Origin: Callorhinchus milii
Lineage: Eukaryota
Length of the DNA stretch: 64,000 nt
Direction of reading: 5' to 3'
NCBI RefSeq assembly: GCF_018977255.1
Contig: NW_024704742.1
Coordinates: 72,232,001 to 72,296,000, forward strand
The notes below the pieces were generated by a model. The model worked only from the letters and a program-made list of their open reading frames with translations, was not told the DNA's origin and ran no database searches. Shown here piece by piece: positions 14,401-26,400 of this stretch (positions within the stretch are counted from its first letter, which is position 1; the number at the start of each line of letters is the position of its first letter). The position numbers and the translations under genes were made by a program.

Positions 14401-17400
14401 TTTAATTTCCTACCATTTCCTCTATTCTCTGATTCCTTATCTGCTTTGCCAAGCTTCTTACCCCTAGTTATGGATATGGGGCAAAGGCAGGTAAATGGAG
14501 CTGAGGTATAGATCAGCTATGGTCTAATAGAATGACGGAATAGACTCGAGGGACTGAATGAACCTTCTCCATAGATGCTGCCTCACCTGCTGAGTGTTCC
14601 CAGTGACTTCTGTTTTTATAGGAATGAGTAAAGTCTTCCTGAAAACCAGCCTTTGGCTGCCTCCAAGCCACAGAAATGTGCTGAATTTATTTTGGTCACT
14701 GGTACAAACATGCGCATCGCATTACCTTGTTCTGTGGGCTCAGGAACATGGAGTCCTTCACACATCCAAATCGAAAAGCAATACATAGGATGTCAACTTC
14801 GGTGTAGCCGTCTTCCGGTAGATTGCTCACATGAACCAAGTGGTCAAATATAGTGCAACCGTCCTACATGGATAAAGTGAGGAGATCAGAGAAATAAGCA
14901 TCTGTAGCAGGTAAAAAGATTAGGAACAGATAGTTTGGTCACACTATAGCTCAGATCAAGAACTGGGACAGTGAAGGGCATGAGGTCACGATGTGTCACT
15001 GTGACATAGAGTGTTACATGTGACATAGAGTGGTCTTCTGAACTCCTCTCCCTCTGGCCTTCAACCCTCACTGACCCCTCTTCTCCTCTCTCCCTCCTCC
15101 ACAATACCCTCTCCTCCACACTCGATACTCTTGCCCCCATCACTTCCCGCACTGTCTCCTACTCCCGCTCCTCCCCCTGGTACACCACCCACCTCCGCTC
15201 ACTGAAAAGCCAGGTGCGGGCTGCTGAACGCACCTGTGTCAAATCTGGCCTAACGGTCCACCGACAAATCTGGCTGGACCTCCTCAAAATTTACCGCTCC
15301 ACTCTAGCCTCGGCCAAGTCGTCCTTCTACTCCAGGATAATCCTGGAGGCGAAGAACAACCCCAGGCTACTGTTTTCCACCACAACCCGACTCCTCCGTC
15401 CCCCCGCCACCCCGCGCAGGTCATCTCCTCCAACCTTCACTGCGAGGAGATGCTGGATTTCCTTGAATCCAAGATCAAGGGAATCCGCTCCGCGGTCACT
15501 TCCCCTCCAACTTCCACCCACCCCCCACCCCTTCCCTCCCACACTCCGACTCCTACCCATCCTCCCCTACACACCTTCGTACCCGTTTCCCCACCCTCTG
15601 TCACTGAACTCATCCTATCCCTAAAACCAACCACCTGCTCCCTTGACCCCATCCCCACTCCACTCCTTATCTCCCAGCTCCACTTTCTTGCCCCACATAT
15701 CACTGACATCATCAACCTGTCCCTCTCCTCTGGCTCTGTCCCCATTCCATTAAAAACTGCCATCATCACGCCCACCCTGAAAAAACCCTCCCTTGATGCG
15801 TCGCAGCTATCAAGCTACCGGCCCATCTCCAACCTCCCCTTTCTCTCCAAGGTCTTGGAAAGAGTTGTCGCCTCCCAACTGCGCTCTTTCCTTTCCACCC
15901 ATTCTCTTTTTGAACCCCTTCAGTCAGGTTTCCGTGCTGCCCATAGCACAGAAACTGCCCTGGTCAAGGTCACCAATGATATCCTGACCATCTGTGACCA
16001 GGGCTCCCTCTGTCTCCTCGTCCTCCTCGACCTATCGGCAGCATTCGATACGGTCGACCACGCTATCCTACTCCACCGCTTGTCCTCCCACCTCAACCTT
16101 CAAGGCACTGTCCTTGAATGGTTTAGGTCGTACCTTTCTCACCGTCTTCACTTTGTCTCAACGAATGGCTTCTCCTCCACCCCCCGTACTGTCTCATGTG
16201 GTGTCCCTCAGGGCTCTGTCCTCGGTCCCCTCCTCTTCACCCTCTATATGCTCCCCCTCGGTGACATCATCCGCAGACATGGAGTTAACTTCCACATGTA
16301 TGCGGATGACACCCAACTCTACCTTTCCTCCTCTACTCTCAACTCCACGACCACCGATGTCCTGACAGCCTGCCTGTCCGACATCGAGTCCTGGACGAGA
16401 GACAACTTTCTTCAGCTCAACGTGCGAAAAACCGAGGCCCTCCTGATTGGCTCACGTCAGCGCCTCCGCACCTCAGGCGCTGACACCATCAGCATCCAAG
16501 GCTGCACTCTCCACCTCTCAAAGCCAGTCAGGAACCTCGGCGTTTTGTTCGACCCTGAGCTGTCCTTTCTCCCTCACATCCGCACCACAACTGGCACCGC
16601 CTTCCATCACCTTCGGAACATCGCCAGACTACGGCACTACCTCACCCCTCACGCTGCTGAAACCCTGGTCCACGCCTTTGTCACCTCAAGGCTGGACTAT
16701 GGGAACTCTCTCCTCGCCGGCCTTCCCGGCACCTCCCTCCACAAGCTGCAGGTCATTCAGAACTCTGCAGCTCGTGTACTGTCCCGCACCAGGCTTCGGG
16801 ACCACATCACTCCCACCCTCGCTCGCCTCCACTGGCTCCCCATCCCCCAGAGGATTGATTTCAAGATCCTCATCCTCACCTACAAGGCCATTCACGGCCT
16901 TGCTCCCTCCTACCTCTCCAACCTACTATCCCCCTACCTACCTGCCCGTACCCTCCGTTCCTCTGGCTCCGGTCTGCTCCACGTCCCCCGCCCCAACCGC
17001 CCTACCATCGGTGGTCGGGCCTTCAGCCTCTCAGCCCCAGGCTCTGGAACTCCATCCCCCAGTGCCTTCGCCGCTTCCTCCCTTTCCTCCTTCAAGGCCG
17101 GTCTCAAAACCTTTCTCTTTGACCGTGCCTTCAGCTCCCCTCTCGACTCTCTTCCCCTCCTCGCTCCCTCCCTTCCCTCCCCTCACCCTGACCATTTCCC
17201 CCCTCCTTGCTCCCTCCCTTCCCTCCCCTCACCCTGACCATTTCCCCCCTGCTCGGGTCATGACCCAACTGTGCAGCGCCTTGGGACGTCCTCCTGACGT
17301 GAAAGGCGCTTTATAAATGGAATCTTGTTGTTGTTTTTGTTACATGTTACAGATGATGCTGAACCTGGTGAGGCCAGATATCAAGCTAACATGGATCCAG

Positions 17401-20400
17401 ATTAGTAGCAAAAGCACAATACAATCATCAGCTTTACATTTGGTATAGTGTCTTTCACATCGTGTGTGTGTGCTGGGGTGTGCGGGTAGGCAGGATATCT
17501 CAAAGTGCTGGACCGGATTTACTATAACGTATTGTGACTGTATAGTCTCTATGTACAGTCATGTTATATGCTACAACAACTTACATTCATGTCAAATGAA
17601 TGGTTGAAAGTGATTCACCAATATGAAAGTGAGCAACGGCAGGGAGAATTAAATAAAACGAGGTCAAAAAAACTTCTATGAGTTTTAAGTTAAAGGAAGC
17701 AAGGTGAAGAGATATTGGAAGAGATTTCCGGAGTTTAGATATCGTGACTGAAGGCTCAGCCACAGAGGGTATGACGGAGGAAACGAGGAATAAGCCGAAA
17801 CCAGAATTAGACAATTTCAAGTAATATGAGTCGGTGCTCCTGACTAGGAATAGAATACAGGGTTATAATCAGCAGCATACTTACTTCAGCTTTAAAACCA
17901 GCTGCTTCAATCATATCTTTAAATATAACCTCCTGGAGAGAGAAAACCAAATAGAGGGTGTTAGTGTGCATCACCACAGCTGTGAGAAGGCACACACCTT
18001 CCACTTGCCACAGAAATTAAATATTTGCTCAGTTTCCCCAAATAACCAGACATTTTCAGCACTGAAGGTGGTCTTTCTGCCTATTGTGGCAGGGCTGAAA
18101 GCAATCCATTCATGCCACTAACCTGCCTTTTTATCATCCTCTTGCAGATTATTCCTCTTTTGCTATCTATCTCATTCCCTCCTGAAAGCTCATTTACATC
18201 CTGTTTCCTGGTCTCCTCACTTTATCCATTTAAAATAACCCTCTGTATAAGAGAAATTCCTCTCCATTCCCCCTTCTCTCCCTTGCTAATGAAACATCAC
18301 GGGAGTTGTTCTTGACATAAAAATAATGCATCATAGGAATGTTCCTTTGCTAAACAGTCCAACAGAAACCCGCTGAGCACTTGTACCACTGTGTAACCTT
18401 GCTGCTGCTATATCAGCATTAAAATGTTAAAATTGTTAATGAATAATAATACAAATCTTTGCATTTGATATAGCACCTTATCACGTCTTTGAGACGTCTC
18501 AAAGCGCTGCACAGAAAATACTGTAAAGTGAATGACTATATTTTCTGGGTGAAAGGTGGTAGCCAATTGTGTCCCATAAACAGTTGTGGATTGAGTGACC
18601 AAATTATTAATTTTTTCTCGAATGATTATTACCCCTGGAAAAGCAATCCGCTAACTGACTAATTACTGGGTACTTATGTACTGCTAAGTAAACAGAGGCA
18701 TGTGGAGTAAGGAAACTTGCCCAACGTTTCGCCCTGCCCGGAAATTGAACCTGGGTCATCTCGCTTGTGAGGCAACTGCGCTAAGCAGTACTCTAGGACT
18801 CCAATGCGTAATGTGTGCACGTATCCCGTAAACTACTTGAACATCCTTGACCATATCCGTTGTCATTCTGTATAAAGAGGATGTGTAACAGATGATTACA
18901 CCCAATGCTCCTCACCATGTCACTCAGGTCCATGTACTGAGGCAGGATCTCCATGCTGACAGGATTCCCCTTCAGTTTGATGGTAGACAGGCTGTAAAAC
19001 TCCACCATTTTAGCTGCTGATTTTGCACAGCCCATTTCCAGATATGCCTGTCAACAAAAACAAGGTTCACCAAGTGTCATAATCAACCTTGCAACGTTTT
19101 ACCCTCCCAAGACAAAGACAGTCAAGCTGTCAGCCACATGTTAAAGAAAGTACTTGTGCCGTTAAGGACCCTCATCACACTGAAATCTCAAAGAATGTCA
19201 CTGTCATATTGTCAAGTGTAGTTGAGGGTCCTAGAATCAGCCCCGAGGTGAACAAATTATTGTTGGCTGGGATGGCGATAAAAATGATAATCTCTCACCC
19301 CCAGAAATGCAGAGTACTAATCAATTCTTTATTATTAATAATATAGCACCTTATCGTGTCGTTGAAACGCCTCAAAGCTCTTCACAGAATATGCTGTAAA
19401 GGTAATTGACTGTATATTTTGTGGGCGATACCCGGCAGCCAATTACGCACAGTAGTGTTCTACAAATAATGAATGACCAAATAATTAATTAGGTTTAATT
19501 AATTATTTCTGAAGTGATTATTAATGCCGGAAAGCGATCTGCCAATCAACTAACAACCAAGTTCCTACTTACTGCTAGGTAAACAGAGATGTGTGGAGTA
19601 AGGAAACTTGCCTAAGGTTTTGCCTTACCCAGAAATCGAACCCGGGTCCTCTCACTTGCCAGGCGAGTGCTCTAACCAATACGCTGCAGGACTCCACAAA
19701 ACATCAACAACCCAATAACTGCCTTACAGAACGAATTTTACAGCAAAACAAACAATGGCGACTAACGTTGCTGTGCAGGGTAGCTGACGCGGAAGGAAGA
19801 GTCACCTGGTTTCTGGAGTATGTGATAACTGCGGTGATAGCCTGTCCGAAGGGCTTGGCCAGCCGTTTTAGGTCATCCTCTTTGTAACCTTTCGCAGGGA
19901 GATTGTTGATGCGGATAACCCGACCTTTCTCATTCAAGTTAACACTCTGCAAGTCAAATAAACATAAGAACATAAGAATTAGGAGCAGGAGTAGGCCATT
20001 CGGCCCCTCGAGCCTGTGCCTCGCCATTCGATAAGATCATGGCTGATCTTCAGACCTAACTCTAGTTACCGGCACTATCCCCATATCCCCTAATCCCTCT
20101 GTTTTTTAAAAATCTATCGGTCTCAGCCTTGAAGATGTTCAAGGACTGAGCATCTACAGCCTTCTGGGGTAGTGAATTCCATAAATTCACTATCCTCTGA
20201 GTGAAGAAATGTTTCCTCAACTCTGCTCTAAAAGGCTGACCCTTAATTTTAAGACTGTGACCCCTGTTTATAGATTCTCCTACCAGGGGAAACAGACCCT
20301 CAGTGTCTACTTTATTCAACCATTTAAGAATCTTATATGTTCCAATAAGATCTCCCCTAATTCTTCTGTACTCTAGAGAATACAGCCCTAGTTTATTCAG

Positions 20401-23400
20401 CCTATCCTCATAGGTCAGTCCCCTCATCCCAGGAACTAACCGAGTGAATCTACACTGCACCCCCTCCAGGGCAAGTATGTCCTTTTTAAATAAGGACCAA
20501 AACTGCACACAATACTCTAGGTGCGGTCTCACCAAGGCCCTATACAGTTGCAGCAAGACTTCCTTACTCTTGAACTCTAAACCTTTTGCAATGAACGCTA
20601 ACATGCCGTTCGCCTTCTTAGTTGCTTGCTGCACCTGCAAACTAACTTTTTGAGACTGGTGTACAAGGACACCCAAATCCCTCTGAACACTAACACTATC
20701 TAAGCTCTCCCCCTCTAGAAAATAATCTGTTTTTCTATTTTGTCTACCTAGGTGAATAACTTCACACTTCCCCACATTAAATTCCATCTGCCACATACTC
20801 GCCCACTCCCCAGGCCTATCTATATCCCGTTGCAATCTTTTTGCATCATCCTCAGAGCTTACTCTCCCACCTAGTTTAGTGTCATCCGCGAATTTAGATA
20901 CGTTACAATCAATGTCCTCGTCTAGATCATTGATGTAAATTGTAAATAGCTGAGACCCAAGCACTGATCCTTGTGGCACTCCACTAGTCACATCCTGCCA
21001 ATTCGAGAATGGCCCATTTATCCCTACTCTCTGTTTTCTACCCGTTAGCCACTCTTCAAGAAGTTACCTGAACTGTTCCAGCAAGTAGCTTCAGAATGTG
21101 GAGAAGGTACTGCTCATTCAGGCTCATGACCAGAACCGCTACCTTCACACAACTTGACCACGCTTTCAGTCATTTTACTCTTCCTCTCCCACTCAGCTCC
21201 CACCCTCAGCTCAGGTGCTATGTCAGGACTGTGGAACAACCTCCTGTTGTGAGTGGCGCTGTGTAAATGTAAATTTGTATTGTAGCTTGTTGAATTGAAA
21301 GTTTGATTTGCAGGTTATTGTCGTGAGGTGAGGCGCTTGGGAGGTGTGCTGAAGCACTATGACTGTCACTCTGCTGTGAGTCAGGAGGGAGAAGCTCTAG
21401 ATTTCCAGAGGGTCCTGTACTTGGTTTACACATAACACACCCCAATGCAGAGCATAAAGGGTCAGAAGACTCTCCGATTGTACACCTATACACTGATATA
21501 TAACACACACACCAGATCGAGAGAAACAGGCTAGAGTCTAATTGAGGGTGCTTGGATTGTTCAGATCTCCAGAAGTGAGTTACAGTCTGGAATTGAATTG
21601 AGGGGGGTTTGTATAAAGAATTGCTCCACGAACTTGCCCGGCCCGCCCCACCATCAGTGGTCGGGCCTTCAGCCCCTCTGCCCCCACCCTTTTGAATTCC
21701 ATCCCACAATCCCTTTGCCAAGGCCCCTCCCTTGCCTCCTTCAAGGCACGTCTCAAGACCCTCCTCTTCAACTGCGCCTTTGGTCAACCTCCTACCGCCA
21801 ACCCTCCCTGCCCTCCACCCTCCCTGATCCCACCCCACTGCTTGGATCCAAATCTCTAACTCGCCAGCTGCTTGGGAAGCCCCCCTGACATGAAAGGCGG
21901 ATATAAATGTAATTTGTTGTGCCTCATGCTGAGGATCACAGTATGTCAATATCGGGATCATCCATTACCAATTATAACCACACAAACCATTTACATGTGG
22001 AGAAAATAGATTTTCGTTTTCAAACTCAGAATCTATTGTGCTAACAGTTCATTCAGGTTTTCACCAACCAAACAGCTGAAAGTGGACTGACCTCGGAATT
22101 CTTCTCCACAGAAGCAAACCCTTCACACGCCAGCTCTAGAAAAGCAAAAACAAAATTGTAAGCTGAACACATTAGCTTTGGTAAACTGGGTGTGTGACAT
22201 AATAATAATCCCTGCATTGATGTGGAAACCCATCACAATGCTTATATATCCAAATCAGACATAGTTGCACATATGTATGCCACTTACATATGGAAATTTC
22301 CGGTGTCTGAATTGGAATGCACTCTCTTCCTCTACACTCTCTTCCCCCTTGGTGACATCATCCGCAGACATGGGGTAAATTTCAACTCTATCTTTCTGCC
22401 TCCACCCTCAACTCCAGGACAACTGGTGTCCTGACCGAATGCCTGTCCGACATCAAGTCCTGGGTGAGGGACAACTTTCTCCAGCTGAACGTCAGCAAGA
22501 CCGAGGCCCTCCTGATTGGCTCGCGCCAGCGCCTCCACACCTCGGGCGCTGGCAGCATCAGCTTCCACGGCTGCACACTCAACCTCACTAAGCCAGTCAG
22601 GAACCTGGGTGTCTTGTTTGATCCTGAACCCCGAACTGTCCTTTCACCCCAACATCCGCGCCATGACCGGCACTGCCTACCATCACCTCCGCAACATTGC
22701 CAGATTCCGCCACTGCCTCACCCCTCAGGCTGCCGAAACCCTCACCCATACATTCGTCACATCAAGACTCGATTATGGAAATTCCCTCCTCATCGGCCTT
22801 CCCAACTCCTCTCTTCACAAGCTGCAGATCATTCAAAACTCTGCAGCTTGTGTACTCTCACGCCCCAGTCTCCATGACCCCATGACTCCCACCCTCGCCA
22901 GATTCCACTGCTCCCCATCCCCAGAGAATGGAATTCAAGATCTTCATCCTCACTTTCAAGGCCATCCATGGCCTTGCCCCCTCCTACCTCTCTGACCTGC
23001 TGACTCCCTACCAACCTGCCCACTCCCTCCGTTCGGCGGGCTCCGGTCTGCTCCATGTCTCCCGCCCGACCCTCCCTACCAATGGTGGCCGAGCTTTCAG
23101 CTTCTCTGCCCCCACACTCTGGAACTCCATCCCACGATCCCTTTGCCTCGCTTCCTCCCTCGCCTCCTTCAAGGCTGGTCTCAATACCCTCCTCTTCGAT
23201 CGTGGATTCGGTCACCCTCACACCTCTCTGCCTTCCCTCACCCCTACCCCTATCCCATGCTCGGATCCTAACCCGACTGTCCAGTGCCTTGGGACGTCCT
23301 CCCGACGTGAAAAACGCTCAATAAATGTAATTTTGTTGTTGTTGTTTTGTTCCTGGAGGGACGCACCCTGTTTACCTAATTCCGGAGAGTATTAGGTGCA

Positions 23401-26400
23401 GATTGGCAAAAGCCAAGGTTTACATAGCCTAGAATGTGTGTTGGGGTAACTGCTGTTTAATAATAAATAATAATCCTTGTATTTGCGCTTTTCAATCTTC
23501 TAGGTGTCTCAAAGCACTTCACAGTATACTGTAAAGTGAATTGACTGTATATTTATGGGCGAAACGTGGCAGCCAATTGCGCACAGCAGTGTCCCACAAG
23601 CAGTCGTGGATTGAGTGACCAAATTCTTATTATTTTTTGTTCTTGAGGGAATATTATCAGGCATGTGGAAACTTGTCCAAGGTTTCGCCCTGCCGGGAAT
23701 CAAACCCAGATCTCTTGCTTGCAAGGCGTGTGCTGTAACCACTGGGCTACAGTTAATCAACTAAAACCACATAGCTTCATTGATATCGCTGTCTGGCAAG
23801 CTTTTCCACTGCTTGTCCAGCTTGGACCATCCTACCTGTTAGGGCTTTGAGTTGCAGGGTTAACAGAGCTGATTGGGATGACTGTTTGTCCCCAAAGACT
23901 GGTCCATCCTTCCAGGTCCGGCCGATGAGCCAGGCTGGCTGTGCTGTCATCAGCAGTGCCCTGGAATACTGTGGACCCACCTGGCTCAGGAATTGGACTA
24001 CCCAGACCACCAGAGGGCTGGCTCGATTCCGACATTCCATTGCCAGTTCAGCTCCAAGAAGACCCCGTTTACCTCATTAGAGGTATTCATTACCTCCAAC
24101 AAAGTGCAGGTTTGAACCTCGCTAGATGGATGGTAGGTACCAGGACTTGCAAATGTGCTGAAGGAAACCCTTCTGCTGCACGGACATAAGCACGGAACCA
24201 GGAAGGAGAACTGGGGAAGCAGTTCAGTAAGAATCATGTGAACAGGATCAGCACCACTACCCTGGCTCATCGGCAGGACTCAAGATGCAGACTGGCAGCA
24301 GGGATTCCTCACACTCAGTTTCTGTTAATTCTGCATTTCCCTTCAAACAAATCTCACGCGGTCTCTCAGCAGCCCTGGCTCAGATATAGGCGTTTTTCTC
24401 GTGCAGACGCTCCTTGATCAGCCCACCACACGTAGGCTGAGCAGAAGACGCAAGCACTCAGCTCCCATTATCCAGCTGAGGTAAGTACCCCTGCGCCAAT
24501 CATCACTGCCAGAAACACAAGGTACACAGAACAGCTCAGCTCTCACCACACTGGGATCAGAGACATCACTAGTTACTGAACAAACAAAGTGACTGAAATA
24601 TTCTTGAGGGATTATTATCAGGGAAGTGGAATAAGGAAACTTGCCCAAGGTTTTGTCCTGCCAGGAATCAAACCCGGCAAGAGACCCGCCCCCACCCCAC
24701 CCCGTCCTATTACAACACACAGTAACACCCGCCACCCACCTCCCACCCACCGTCTTACTGCAATCAGAGGATCTGGATTTAATCATTAGCAATTACCACA
24801 GAATCATGCCCCTCCCATGTACTGAAGATTTCATTAATGAGAGACTTTACAGAAGCTTTCTCCATCCAATAATTACCAATATCAGTTGAAGTTTCTGTTG
24901 TGTCCTGTAAGTCACCACTCGCCTCTAAAAGGGCTACATCTTTCCTAAAAAAGGCAGAGAAAAAGGAAATATTAGATATGCTCTTTTAGCCCCAACCTAA
25001 AACAAGCAGTTTCCTCAAGCCATCTTGGCACTGGTCATCATTACCCTGTGTAAGTGTTGAGTGCTGATCTGCTGATGAGTTCCCCTCCCTCACTCCTATC
25101 ATTGTTTACAGTTTGATACCATTTAGGCCTGTAGGGCTGAGAATTCCACTAGGCAAGGAAACCAATAGAATTAGCAAAGGAATGGGTGGAGACTTATGTG
25201 GAGGGTAAACATTAGCAAGGACTAATTATACCGAATGGCCTGTTTCCATGCTGACAGAATGTACAGAGTCCCTGCCCCACATCCATTTGGAGTCTGTGCT
25301 AAAAGTTAACGCCGGTGGCACGTGCACTACATGGTGAAAGTGGTGACAGATTCAAGTTCAGCTCCTGAGCCTCCAATCTCAGCAATAATGCTCAGAAGAA
25401 ACATGGAGCAAAGAACATGTAAGAAAGGGGTGTCAGAAAAATATGGATGGATATCTGCCATCAGTTCTCTTGCTGATTGCAGCATTTGTCCACTTGAGGC
25501 CACATAATAAGCCTTGCATTTGATATAGTGCCTTATCACATCTTCGAGACATCTCAAAGCGTTTCACAGAATATACTGTAATGTGAATTGACTATATTTT
25601 GAGGGTGAAATATTTTGTGGGTCAAATCTTCTATCCGCGGAGATGCTGGAGCAGCGGTCCAGCTGCTCCATGATCGCCTCTCCTCCACCTTCAACTCCCT
25701 CGTCCCCCTGAAATCCAGGACCATATCCAAACCCACCCGATCCCCCTGGTACAACAACCATCTCCACTGCCTAAAAACCCAAACCCACTGCTTAAGCACG
25801 GATGGCGGAAAACTGGCCTGATAGTTCACCGCCAACTGTGGCTCGAACATCTCCACAGTTACCGCCGTTCTTTGACAAGTGCAAAAACGGCCCTCTACTC
25901 CAACATCATCTTGGAGGCTAAAAGCCCTAAAATCCTTTTTTCCCCACCACCCACTACCTCCTCCGTGCTCCCCCCACAGGCCTCCTCAATCTTCATATTA
26001 TCCAATGCCAAGTGCAAGTGGACTTCTTTTCATCTAAAATACACAACATCCGCCAGGCAGCCTCATCCACCTGCCTCTTGTCACCCACCATCATGCCCTC
26101 TCTGTCCCCTCACCCTCCCCATCATCAGCTCCTACCATGACCCCCATCCTACATTCCTTCCTCCCCATCTCTCCCTCCTCCCTCTCACCCACCATCACCT
26201 CAATGAAACCAACCACCTGCTGCCTTGACCCCCTCCCCACCAACTTGCTGGTTACACAGCTCTCCCTCCTCTGCCCACTACTGGCTGATGTCATCAACCA
26301 GCCCCTCTCCTCCGGATCACTCCGTGTCCCCCTTAAAACTGCTGTCATCACCCCCCTCCTCAAAAAACCTTCCCTAGATCCCTCAAACCCCAGCCACTAG

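Noticed and set aside
8924..17237. Reverse transcriptase ORFs as a retron, DGR or novel RT system
   Set aside because: Motifs and tails are those of ordinary CR1 and L2 non-LTR retrotransposons, truncated or frameshifted.
16447..17316. Long Pro/Ser-rich ORFs here and at 27507..28352, 62205..62870 and 59802..60488
   Set aside because: Alternative frames of C-rich L2 sequence or of the GC-rich island, which are naturally stop-poor.
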